A stretch of DNA of 64,000 nucleotides from Catajapyx aquilonaris (Eukaryota). The DNA lies in NCBI GenBank assembly GCA_000934665.2, contig JYFJ02000987.1, forward strand, positions 1 through 64,000. Reading direction: 5' to 3'. The translations under genes were made by a program, and so were the position numbers. The notes under the pieces were generated by a model. The model saw only the letters and a program-made list of their open reading frames with translations. It was not told the origin of the DNA and did no database searches. Shown here in pieces: positions 51,701 through 64,000 of this stretch. How positions within the stretch are numbered: position 1 is the first letter of the stretch; each line of letters opens with the position of its first letter.

Positions 51701-54700
51701 CGCCAAAGAAACGGTCCACAAGATGTCCATTCACGGCTGACCTCCAATCCGGGGAAGAACCGCAAGTGTATCCAACCTAATCAGCACTCGTGACCAACTA
51801 CAGGGGGGGTGGAAAAAAATGTTTTTGAGCCGAACAGCTTGCAAGGAGTGAGCTGCAAACTGATCCGAAGCATGGCCCCTCCAGCCATCTGCCCAACCTC
51901 CAACCCCTGGCCCCATCCAATTGGGCTTATTATCGCCGCATCCCTTGAGAACATCCAGGGGAATCGATATCTCAAATCAAATTGACAAAATGCACACGCC
52001 TTCCACAATTACCGTCTCTATATCGTCCTACCCGATAACTTAATCGGCAACACTTGGAAAAGTTACCGTGTAGTTTTTGGTGCTTGAGCCCGAGGTGGTG
52101 GATGTAACTGTGATTCCCCAGCCAAAAGATCGAATCTGGAGCTATTAAAGGGGAAACCTCCAGAGGAATCGATGGGGCTCAGGGACGCAAGAAGAACTGG
52201 AACAATCTCGCGAACAATGGCTGCGTGGAGCGGGATGCATTTGTATGCATAACGGACTGAGGAACTATTTCTCATAGCACGGTGATAAAGCAGCCCTTTG
52301 CAATTATACTCGCTGGCGTTTCCGTAACCCACTCCATGGACACAGTTATTAATTGTGCTGGGGGGGAGAAGTACGATTTCCACTTTTCTGACAGTTCCTC
52401 CAGCCTTAATATAAATCCGGGTACAAAGTTTTGTTTACAAGGGAAGAACCATCCATACTGCAGATCCCGTCGCAACTCTCAAACTATTGTGGCCCAAGTT
52501 TTCAATCAAGAACCTTTTAATTAAATTCTTGCTGCCTCTTGCCATGCAGTTTGTATTTAACTTCACTCTCACAGTTCCGCCACTGGAGACGAATACTTTA
52601 GTTTGTGCATGTCTTCAAGGTTTGTGTAACTTATACTGTAAGCAAACTAAGATGGCGGAAATAGACGCGAAATGCAATTGCCAACTTCACGAGGTATCAC
52701 GGAATAAAAACAACAACCGCAGTGGATGGGGGGAGGGGGGGGGTACACAACAGTCACTTTCGTTAAAATCCCCAATGGGTGCAGGGAAACCAACACAACC
52801 CCAAAGCTTTCGCCTGTGTCGCCTGTGATTAAACAACTCGAGCAGAGTTTCGCTCAATTTCCTACTACCACCTACCTATACCACCGTCCTCGCCACCGTC
52901 TATACAGGTACCGTATACATGCCTATATACTGTACAGTACAACCTCTGATGGCATTAAAAATAATGTGTGGCTTTAAATTGGTCCACAACTAGTTCCCGA
53001 CACTATACTGTAAAGGGCAAGCGTGGTCATTATTATGAACCGGCTCCACCGCAGCTATAGTTCCAACATTAACCTCACAAGCCAAGTGCTCTTATGATCT
53101 GGTTACCCCTTTTTGGACCGAGAGACATGATGGGTCATCGAAGCCCAATACTGTCCAAACTTTTCCTTTGTCTGCTGATAGCTACATCCCCAACCAGATA
53201 ATTCTGTTACTACTCTCAGACCAAAGTTAAATAAATCTCGTAAAAAAAAAGTCAGTGAGCAAGACCCTAATTTGGTCCAACAAAAGCCGAAAAATTCCAA
53301 TAGTTGGCCCCGTCTTCTATAAATCAGTCGACAAGAAACGAGAGCATGCGCCAATACAACATTAGGCGAGTAATACCCTCCCATTACTTGCGTTTATAGG
53401 CTACATATTTCTTCTAGCTTCAAAGCCAACAAGCGGAGATCGTGCTTCTTTACTATAGGGGAGTTCTTTTGGACGCGTCCAATGAATGTTCGATGATTCG
53501 GAAGACGATAAGCTATCTGCAAGGGCGTTACTAAGCGGCAATTTAAAATACGAAGCCTGGGCTCGCAATAAACTGCTTATTCCATAAATGTTTATGGGAA
53601 ACCCAGACCCTATTTTATAAACTCTGGAACATGCATGCCAAATTGCTTTCGAAGACCATTCAAATATTGTTGGAAAGCAATCAAAAGTAATGTTACACCA
53701 CATGCAAGGGCAATGACAACTGTTATCGCCTGACTCGTACATTATGAAGACACTGGAGCCAAATATCTGAGCAAGTATCTGAGTGAAAATGAGCCTGGTC
53801 AAAATCAAGACCTGACGACATTCATTTGGCAACCCTGTCCAACATCAGTCCAAATGCCTGTTAGTCCTTTGTCCCCATTGATAAAGTACACCCGCTGTGA
53901 GCAAACCAGGATGTATTAAAGGAGTGTGAAGATGTGAAACACGCGCCCCATTTGGGGATCTCGCTCTCAAGAAAGAAAAAGACCCCTGTGCGAAACACGC
54001 GCCCGAAAAAAGACGTCTCAACAAACAGAGGGATTGGGGAGTCTGGGATGAATGGATCGGGGCGAATTTATGAGGGAACTGGAGGGCCTGTGGATGCTGC
54101 TAAAGAGAAGCATCCATCCCGTGCTCTCTCTCTCTCATTAAGGCAAACTCCCTTGAAAAGTCCCCCACTGGGACGCACTACAACTCAGGCAACGGCGCTT
54201 CATTCAAAATCAAACAATGGGAGGCACACTCCTGTTTGAACGAGAGCATCCCCCCAATTCCACCCCTCCTTCCCTCCTCTTCCCTAAAACTTTAGCTTAC
54301 TACAAACATCATTACGGGAAGGGATATGGAGCGAAACTTGAGACGCATCAAGGTTTGCTATTGTTACGGGGTTTGACCTACCTCTTTCGCACCTCAAGTA
54401 ACTAAGGCATGTTGGCCAATATTGACGCCGTCGGATTCCTTGTTTACGAGGTAATTATTTTACACCGAGTAAATTTGCTCTCTGATAAGGAACGGTTGTT
54501 GAGAGTGATTAACGAGGTGTCTGCAACGCTAGAATCACAGCTGTGTAGATCGGTGACTGAAGGCACTGGTTTATCTCTTTGAGTAAGATATCGCTTAGCA
54601 GCTCTTCGATAGGCTCATCGGAAATGATTGTGCGAGATATCATAATCTAACGTGCAGTATAGGCTACTAAGCGGCACGTGCACCATATCATAACCCTATA

Positions 54701-54941
54701 TTAATAGCTACGGATGTGAAACATTTCAATGCACCGTATATACGATCGATATTCTCTTTAAATCGCATGATCGAAATATTCAAAAACAATACAACCAGTT
54801 ATATCGCGTAAGATAAATATTTACGCCCTAAAACCTCTTTCAAATAAGTACGAATACGGTCACATATGCCATGGTCGTTGCGACCGGACCTAGGGAAACC
54901 CCCCTTCGTCGGTCACAAAGCGCCTGATCGTGCTATCGAGG

Positions 54942-54981
54942 CTCATGTCGTGAGGGCGTAAACACGCCCTCACGATATGAG
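54942..54981. other. 18-bp stem hairpin with 4-nt loop
   Basis: CTCATGTCGTGAGGGCGT-AAAC-ACGCCCTCACGATATGAG; 17 Watson-Crick pairs and one G-T pair. Confidence 0.8.
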
Positions 54982-57900
54982 TTTACATATGGAAATCCTG
55001 ACATCGAACACAGCTATATGTAACATATCACCATGTAGGAGAAATCCATCCTGTGACACGACCTAAAGATATTATCCCCACAATGTGATCTCGCCCTGAC
55101 GACAAACCAATTTATGCGCGGCCCCAGAAACTTGTCAAATATGGCCACCGGGGCCAAACTTTTCGGACTACGAATGAGGCACGCGCAGAGCATGTCGATG
55201 GCCCCCTCTTTTCATAGGTACAGCAGAAGGGCCTGACAATTGGATAAAGTTGCCAGACGCTATTCACTATTCTGGATTGGGACAATGGTCTAATTAAAGC
55301 GTTTCTCCCTCCCCCACTCGCGTTCCCCTCTTCAAGATGCCCTCGAATTGACAGGGTAAGCATGCACCATGATGGTCGTAGTGACGCACTGGGGGTACGT
55401 GCTGCCCAAGGGAGGGTTATATTGTTGTGAAGGGAGAGTGGCAAGCACCTGGACCGTGCTGCCGAGGGCTAGGGCGCCGGGTGGTGCAGATTGCCCTTTG
55501 TCGCATCCTCATCCCTCTCCCCGCACCCTCGGGACGACGAGTTGGCTCCCCTGATCGGCACGCCATAATTTGCGCTAAATAATGCGCTGGTTCAAAAGGA
55601 TCCGTCGACTTGCCTTCCGGCTTCATTTGGTTAAATCAGCACAGTAAAATAGCTTGTTCACACTGTTAAGTGATTACAGCGGGGTTTGTTGCCCCCATAA
55701 AGTAAGAGGACCATATAAATTCCAGTGATCACGTCAATGAAGAATACATGGGTATATTCTATACCTACATCTCCTGGCAAGAACATACAGCACTGTACAG
55801 TATGTGCACTTCACAATTGCACGTATATTTGGCTAAACAAACAACCTGTTTAACACTTCAGTGTGCTCCAATAAACGCAAAATAAACGCACATCACATGT
55901 TCCTAATGTCAGCAATTTCGACACATTAAATGTGACATGAAGGGGCACACAAGTCAGCGAAGTTGGTCCAGCTGTTACAGAAATGTCAGCACCCATCACA
56001 ACTCATGACATCAAGTCACCCAGAACACCGTGGCCTGTGCCTGCAGCTGACAGTGGCTGGCCCTAAATGAGATCGACTGGAGATAGTACAGTCAAAGCAA
56101 ACGCGCCTTGACATTGGTAACAAATCTACTAGAGAGAGTGCCCACACTCCCACCACTATTAAATCCCAGCTGCATCTAAGCCTACACTGTATTCTGTACT
56201 GTAAATCAGAAGAGTAAAACTGCTCAATGGAATATAGTCTACCGAGAAAAATTTATCTGCAGGCATCCTGATGAATCAAGACGAAAATATCAAAGAGTGA
56301 GGCAATATCTAAAGCTTCTCGCTGTAAAATGAATATCAATTAAAATTTACATGGAAATAAGTCTGCCTGCACCGACCTGCACAGTCAAAAGTAAAATAAC
56401 GAACTCACGTATTCCAAAGAATGTCAATTATTATCTTGAATGACGCTACTCGTATTTCAAACAACGCAAGACAGCAATTAGCAGGTCCTTCGGTACGATC
56501 ATATAAATAAATGGCAAGCCGTTCTTTCTAATTTCATTAACAGTACTAGATTCCAGCTTAATGTCCTCCAGGAAACAGCCACTCTCAAAATGCTAATGGC
56601 TTGTTTCTTTAACACTCGGGCACTTTACCAGTGATGAATATTCGACAATTCCAAGCCCATCTTTTTTACAACGCACGCCCAGTTATGTGACATAAGGACC
56701 GACATTTCTTTACAGCACTTCAAATTACATCCATTTGGTACTGTACATAAAAACGCAGCAATGTAGGCTACTTTAAGTCTACCACAAGCTGAAAAAGTTT
56801 TTTTTTTAAAAAAAAAAATCACCTTCTGCCCCTCTCCTACATTTGATTCCCCGCCACCACCCTATCGACCGAATTGGGTATCCGAAGCCTCATTACGGAA
56901 AGTTGGATTGAAATGGCATGTATACCCAGGTCACGTGGTCTGGCGCAGTGGATTGGAAAGCAAGGCGACCATACTAACGAATCCGGCCGGGGAAACTCCA
57001 AACTGTAACACTACCTCTAGGAATCACACACAACAGCTATAAGCCCTGCTGGGAGAGGTAAGAAGAGGAGGTACTGTAGGTTAAAGTTCCCATCCTGCCG
57101 ACTTAGGCAACCCCTGAAGTCATCTCCTCACCTAGTTCGTGACCTGACTCACCGAGTTGACAACCGCGATGGATCCGGTAATTCCCCCGGATTCTTCAGC
57201 CGCACCTGAGCCTCTCACTCCCCACCTCTCGACACCTCCCCCTCTGGCTGGCTTGGAATGGGATTCCGGTTGATGCCGGTCGAGCGACAACACAAATTCA
57301 TCTTGTCTCCTCCCTGAAGATTGTGCTGAGGTCACATCCGAAATGAAGTCGCCCAAAAACTTTCTTCTCACGTGCAACTTCACATGCAGCAGATTTTGGC
57401 CGATACATCAATATTTTCCAGATCAAACCTGATTTAACCTGCACCTCAATAAGGGGCGTAAAATAATAAACCCTTCCCAATTCATGATGCATTGTCCGGT
57501 GATCAAATATTTAGCTTTTCGTAGAACAGCCTCGGCTTATATTCCCCAGTGTTTCGAAGCGGACCTCGCCTCCCCAATGTGTATAGTGTTCAATACATAC
57601 AGGTTCCGGTGCGGCAAAGGCATCCTAATGTTCCGGGTATGCAGCGTGATGCGGCAGCAAGTTGTTTGGGTTCACGCTTCATAGGCATGCACTCTGCGTG
57701 CAATTTTGTATTAGAAAAGGGGTCGTTCGCTAACATGATCACGTTCGAAAATAACGCGTACGCTATAGAGCATTCAGGCAACATCAGGATCTCAAAATTG
57801 GCAGCATCATCGGTCAACTGGTACGGAATCACGGCCATTTCATTAGCCGCAAAAATTATGTTTCCATTTCGGTTTTAATTTGGCGCGGTTTTATTCGGCG

Positions 57901-60900
57901 CTTAAATCTGCGATTAGAGCTGGCACATAAACACAATGATTCGTCCGCATTCATTTCTCGTGTTAAACAATTACTCGCTTGGCATTCATAGCCGGGTTAT
58001 TGCGGCTGCAAACATTTTCATGCGTTTTTCACCTTGCATGATGCGGGCTTCGTTGCAAGAAAAGGCCAATTGTGATTCGCTGATACCAAATTTGTGTTAC
58101 AAGCCCTATGCACTGTGTCATTATAATGAGAAACATTGAGTGCAGCAGATGAACCACAATGGGGTGGAAAAAAAGCCAGCTAAACTTCCATTACCAAGTA
58201 TTAGTTAACACAATATGTAAATAGATGAGCCGAATATTACAACATCATTACAAATTGCAACCTCGAATAATCACCATTCAGCATTAGTGGATTGACAATT
58301 AAAAGATTAGTTTAAAGAGATGCTAACGGCCTTTTTCGGCCCTGTTCCGGTTCCACACAGATGCGGTCTGGTCGAGTCGATCCAGTCCGGTTGGGGGCTG
58401 GCTTGTTTCTATACACAATGCAGCAATTACCACACAAAAAGACAAGCCTGGACGTGACAATCTATGCTTTGGTCAGACTACAGGTTGAACTGTCGGCAGG
58501 TCAACAGGTCGATTGTCTGACCCTCACACAACAGCATGGTGTTAGCCAATGAAGGGTGGATATACCACCCAAAAAAAACTACCCTGTTCCGCCCTCCCTT
58601 GGCCCATCTGGCCCATCCCATCACCGAAACCGGAAGACTCTTTATCGCACCCTGTACTCGTGTAATCTCGCTCATTTGATACAATATCAGCACGAAGATC
58701 GCGGCTGCCACAATATGCTCTAAAATTTTAACTCCTGACATCGAAGCCGAGATGGCGCCGACAATGGCAATCAATAGCGCTTTGCTGTTCTCACCATATC
58801 CATTCACCGCCAACGAAGACCAGTACAGGCCCTGGAGTACCACTCAGCCACCGATACGGATGTTAGCTGAATTCTGAAGGCTCTCTCTCTCATACGAGCC
58901 TATATGTTAAAATCTGGTCTGAAGCAAATCTTGAGGGCTCGGCTTTCCGAATTAGCGGCAGACGTGAACTTCGAGTCACTTGCAGCTCTTCTTGCGGCGA
59001 AATTTCAGTATCACCACGTAATCGATGCCGGGAGAAGAGAATACCGCCCGACAAGGCACTTTTCCTCTCCCGGGACATAATTATGTAAATTGCACGCAGG
59101 CCTACAGAGGAGCAAAGTGTGTTGGACTCAAGCCAAGTCACTTCCAAAAGCTTTCATTCCGAAATGGTAAAAGACAACATCACACAGACGCATATTTTGC
59201 CTGGAGGTTATGGCCTAACAGTCATCAAGGCTACCCCGCACCTTCTTACGAGCATGCATTGCGATAACTCTTCCGACCTTATTTCGACTTTACAGGATTT
59301 TGCCAAGGCCAGAGGGCGAAAACTTCTAAGGCTATGAATTTCATGAGAGAAAATGGAGGCTTCTTGGGGGGCAAACATGAGTTATGCCAGGCGGGAGACA
59401 ATTTTGAAAAATCCACAATGCAACGGGTAATGATACCTGACAAATCTAATGTAGATAATAATTAATACAGCCATCATTATAATTATTTCCTCCACTTGGA
59501 CTTCTAGGCCCAACTTCACCGTCCCATCCCTAGAAATCCCATTGTTTTGCTTGTGGCAGTTATGCCAAGTTAGCAATAATATTATAATAAGGGGTGGGAT
59601 TGAAACTCGGGGCTGCTGCGCACATTATCGTGTACAGTAGGCCTATCATAGTAATCATTCACCACCATAAGAACAGTTTTATTATTCATTCTCCGAATGA
59701 TGCCCACCGGTGTCTGAACCAATTATCACGTATATATTCAGAAGATGACTGCAATTACTTTACCTCATCCTACACCCCTAAACTACGTAACTAGAAATTC
59801 TCTAGTGGCTGAGTTCACGCTCACCAAAACCACCTTCCCACCTCCAAACACCGCTTGCGACGCATGTGCACCCGTGCAACGATACTGTACGACCACTTCC
59901 GCTTGTGAGGAATTCGGGCATACGAAACGTATACCACGCTTTTAATAATAACAGCCCAAGTCATAATATCTATGGCCGTAGTAATATTAGACCGATTATC
60001 ATGTAAATTATACGCTTACCAAATACACTCACAATACAGGAGTGGCCCATGCCTCCTTACAAACCATTGTTGGTTACTAACACGCCTGTGTGTTTCACTA
60101 GCTGTAATAGCATTTCTGCATTGTTGCAGCAGATGGCACGTTCTTTATCTGCGACATCTGAACGTCAACCGTTCAAGTGTAGAGAGGCAGAGAGACAGGC
60201 CCATTACTCACTGAATGTGACAATGGTCGTGATTGATTGAATGAAATAAGCCAGTCGGCAAGTGAACCTGGCGATATGGGGCTTACCCGGGCCTTGGGAA
60301 GGAGGTCCATGGGTCTGCATTGCATTAGCGTCTTTCCGTGGCCTAATGCAGAGGGCGGTAAATCTACAGGTTTATCGCTGGAGACCCAGAGCCTGCACCT
60401 CAATCAAGCTGCATACACACGCAAAACCTCTACACCCCTCTCTAACCCCCCAATCTTCGGGGAGATCTGCAGACATCACCGCAAATCAAATGGAATTTAG
60501 CCGCCGCCTTGCATTCCTCCCCTGGCATTTTCTGCCCCCCCCNTTTTGCATACAAGGATGATTTTCTTCACTTCAACCGTCTCTGCCTCGAACCATCTTT
60601 TTTCCCCCCGCCCACTTTCCTGTCTCTTGCCGTACTGCGGGTGTTTCCAGATAGGATTTTTTTTTTCTTTTTTCCTTTCCTTGTCCTATAGGATCCCATT
60701 TCTATATGTACACACGCTAGAAAATCACTAGAGTTCCTTTCGCAACGGTGTTTAGAATGTGTTCATTAATCAGACCATAAATGATCATATAAGTAGATAG
60801 TACTGTGTTCTCTCAGAGACCAGTCATGACGGCCATACCAAGTTCCTATAGTGTCAACTCCTCAGCGGGCAATGATCCGTCGGATGTCCAATAGCCTATA

Positions 60901-63900
60901 CCTGATATTGGGATGCTTCCACCGAACAAAAAAGTAAGGAAGTAACTTTTCCACCATCATCACATGATGCACTGAAGATACTCTCCGACCCCTGCTATAT
61001 CCCCGGTATTATTAAATGAATAGATGGCAAAGGAAAAAAAGTTGGAGCATGAGGCAGAAGGCAGCTCAGAATACATATCAGTATTATACTCTTGCCAGTT
61101 TTTTACAGTAAAAAATGGTGCAGTATATTAAATCAAAATGAAGTCATGATCGTTCAATACGACCCGGACCGCTTTGATTAAACCTTCGTTCTTGCTTTCG
61201 CCGCTGAAAAGCAGGAAGGGAATTAATTGCAGGCCTGGAGAATTTCTCAACGCTGGAGTCAATTTCGCGCAAAATAATACCATGTGGGCCGCCATTAATT
61301 AAATTTTCCAGACTAAGCCGACACACATAGAAGCAAAATTACCCGCTACGTTCACCTTAATTCTAAAATTAGGTGGGGTCATAATCTGAACGGATCACTG
61401 GCACCGTTGAAATATTACGTCCGCATCAAATATACGTGCGGGATTAGGTGGTTCTGCAGCAATGTGGCTGTGGCAATGCAAAAAAAGGGAAAGTAGCCAC
61501 CAGGAACATAGAAAATAGAGTAATTTGACTTTATCTCTGTGTCTGCAGTGAAGAAAAGGAAGAATCCTGGTGAGAAGAATGTGGCTCCCTAAAGTCCCTC
61601 CGGAATTGGACCCGGAGTTGAAACTCCTCTCTTAGAATGTAAAGGAATTAAGGTTTATTTGGCGGCGCGTGATGAAGCGGACTGAGGTCGTGGAAGGGCC
61701 AAAAGGAACATGGAACTGTACTACTCCTTCCGACCAGCCCTTGGGACCGTATGACTTATCGCCTTCTACCAGCCACTCGCCTAATCCGGATCCCTGGACA
61801 CTCTATCCACTTCTAATCCACATCAATTGTCCTCTTTTTCCCCAGCTCGGTCATTACTGGTTAGGGACGGACATGTGTAATCCTTCGTTCACCAAAGTCA
61901 AATCCGCTCATAAAGACCACGAAAGGGTTAATGGGATGAGAGTCGCTCACTTGATACTAAAAGTCGAGCTATTAGCTGGCCACTGCATTTCATTGCCGTC
62001 ACGCAGATAAACTTCAGAGTTTTAATGGGGATCTAGCCTAAATAATTACATTAGGACGCTATAAAACAATGCGGAATGTTGGAACTAATAATTATTGCAG
62101 CATTTATTACAACCTTCTTCTGAAGCACATCACAATTTCGTGTGCATAAGCCGTTGGGATGTGCTCATAAAGGCCATCCCCATTCCTATTTGAATCAATT
62201 GAATTCATCTTCTCTGGGAATTAATTGGCGCGCGAAATAATAGCCATCATTTCCACATCTTCTGTCTGCCATTTCAAACTGAGATACTTCATCTTTCTAT
62301 GGACGGATCTAATTAGATTCAAGTAGGCTATAGGCAACAAGAGCCACAAAAGAATTGTGGAAAAGCATGCTAATGATTCTTTCTCCTCCTCTCCTGACTC
62401 ATTTCCGTTCCCTCTCGGGCTGTCTCCCACTTGGCGATCGATGTCTTACAAATTAATGTGTATTCCTTACCGCTGAGTATTTCTCAAAGGGAGTGAATGG
62501 CAGTTGGAACTCTGTTACATCGCACGCCATGTTATTATAGAACCGTCTGCCTTTCACTTACTCAAGAAAATTGTGGTTTTGTCAGCGGGGTGTAGTTACA
62601 AAGAGAATAAATGTCTAAATAATAGCCTATATGAGATGGGTCTGTAGGATAGTATGCATGAGAGTGATGTTTCATGCCTATTTACAAATGCTGAATACCG
62701 TGCTCAAACCTTTGTGTAAGGCCTATGAGCACGGTGCAGGCCCGCGTAATATGAATAATAAGTAATGCAGATGAAAAAAACCATTACTTTAAGCAAATGC
62801 GATGCAACCATATCTCCATTAAGCAAAAGCGTTTTGTACAGTAATGTTCGCCTCTTTTCAGACATTTTTGAGACGTCACTGACAATGTTCATATGCGAAC
62901 CAAGCACCATTTCTGCCGTAAAACAAGTGAGTACCTTCCGCCCTGGCCAACCTAAACGAGCCGCACTAATCGCTTGACCTTTCCCGCGTACCAGAGTTGA
63001 CACGCATTATGCTTTCCACATTTCGGAGCTGACGTTATCCACTTTTTGAATTGGGCTTTGGGGACACTTTTCGTGGCAGCTCCCTTTCTGTTCGTAATCC
63101 TGCCGGGCCCAGAGGTCCATCTGGCCCAATGGGAGTCCCAAAAAGTATGAATCCCTGCCAGCCCTGCCTCACTCAGCTCAACCCTCACCCCACCCCCTCA
63201 CTCCCCGCCTTCCAACCCTCCCTGGCATCATTTTTCCATGCGTGCCAGCTGTACGCCTTATTTTGTTCCGCCAACAATGACCCCCCGTCACTGCTGCATG
63301 AGGCCCGACTGATGTGCCCGACACTCCCAAAGGCGGCAGAAAAGAAAAATAAAATAAAAAATAAAATGGTACAGCTATACCTGTATTTCACACCTTGCTT
63401 ACAATTACCGTGAGAGCAAATGCCGGCTAAAAGCAAAGGTTTAATTATTCAAGGGGAAATGGAGGAAGTAGAAATGCCTTCCTGCTGCGTTTACAGCCCC
63501 AGGAAAGCTCGTTGTGCCATTATTGCCCGGATTGCTAATTAACTAACTGCCGTAAAGTGTGGCATGTCTTCCCCACGTTAATTTCTTCATTAGTCGCACC
63601 TATATGCCTAATCACTGTAAAATCAGGCGACTGCGACCGACCGACATGGCGATGCTGCGGAAGCTTAAATTATTGTCGCCGCAGAGGAGTAATGCCTACC
63701 AGATGAATTAATAAGGGTTATGACGAGAAATGTGGGGCACCATGTCAGAGTGTGCGCCACCTGTGAGTCACATTAGTTGAGGTTCTCCGCTACTTACATG
63801 ACAGTACACAGGCTGCTACAGCGAAATCTGTAAAAAGATTAATAGTTCCTCTCCGCGAAAATTGTGACTCGTGCCCAAAAAATGTTTGCCCATTTTTGTT

Positions 63901-64000
63901 TATTTTTATTATAGCGTGTCACCATATCTATCATGCTTGTTGCAACTCACATAGGCTCTTGACATGGCCTCGTCACATTTTTTAAAAATTATGCAAACAC

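Noticed and set aside
56260..56310. CTGATGA...GAAA hammerhead-like core
   Set aside because: Stem II does not close properly and I could not build stem I, stem III or an NUH cleavage site.
56929..57000. A-box-like TGGCGCAGTGG suggesting a tRNA or SINE
   Set aside because: No B box at a suitable distance, no cloverleaf, no tail and no TSD.
63099..63140. Collagen-like GPRGPSGPMGVP in ORF 63051-63413
   Set aside because: Only four Gly-X-Y triplets, no convincing splice sites, and no other collagen exons in the window.
1..64000. CRISPR array, operon or prokaryotic defence system
   Set aside because: The sequence is eukaryotic with spliceosomal introns. I saw no regularly spaced repeat-spacer array and no bacterial-type gene cluster.

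Overview
AT-rich, intron-containing eukaryotic DNA, almost certainly from an arthropod because it carries an Mcr/TEP6 gene. I reconstructed four protein-coding genes by hand from splice signals and reading-frame continuity. (1) The first three coding exons of a DNA-PKcs (PRKDC)-like gene on the minus strand (3507 to 2309); the rest is not in the window. (2) An intronless POMGNT2-like GT61 glycosyltransferase (3991-5535, +), head-to-head with it. (3) An 8-exon, 496-aa uncharacterised coiled-coil gene (10201 to 5981, -). (4) A 22-exon, 1639-aa macroglobulin complement-related gene (Mcr; 45252 to 12121, -) with an LDLa module. Two intact tRNA genes (Gly-TCC, Lys-TTT) lie antisense in Mcr introns. 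The introns also hold short non-autonomous elements (mariner-, pogo-, piggyBac-, hAT- and Harbinger-type MITEs) and a tRNA-headed SINE, with a truncated relative elsewhere in the window. The last ~19 kb (45253-64000) has no coding sequence I can support. I did not find a clearly new multi-gene system. The best leads are an Mcr that keeps the thioester Cys and Gln (DCAEQ), a CCAAT-dense candidate internal promoter that could give a leaderless Mcr isoform, a GC-AG intron, a 60-nt cassette-like exon, and the PRKDC/POMGNT2 bidirectional pair. All homology calls are from remembered motifs, not database searches.
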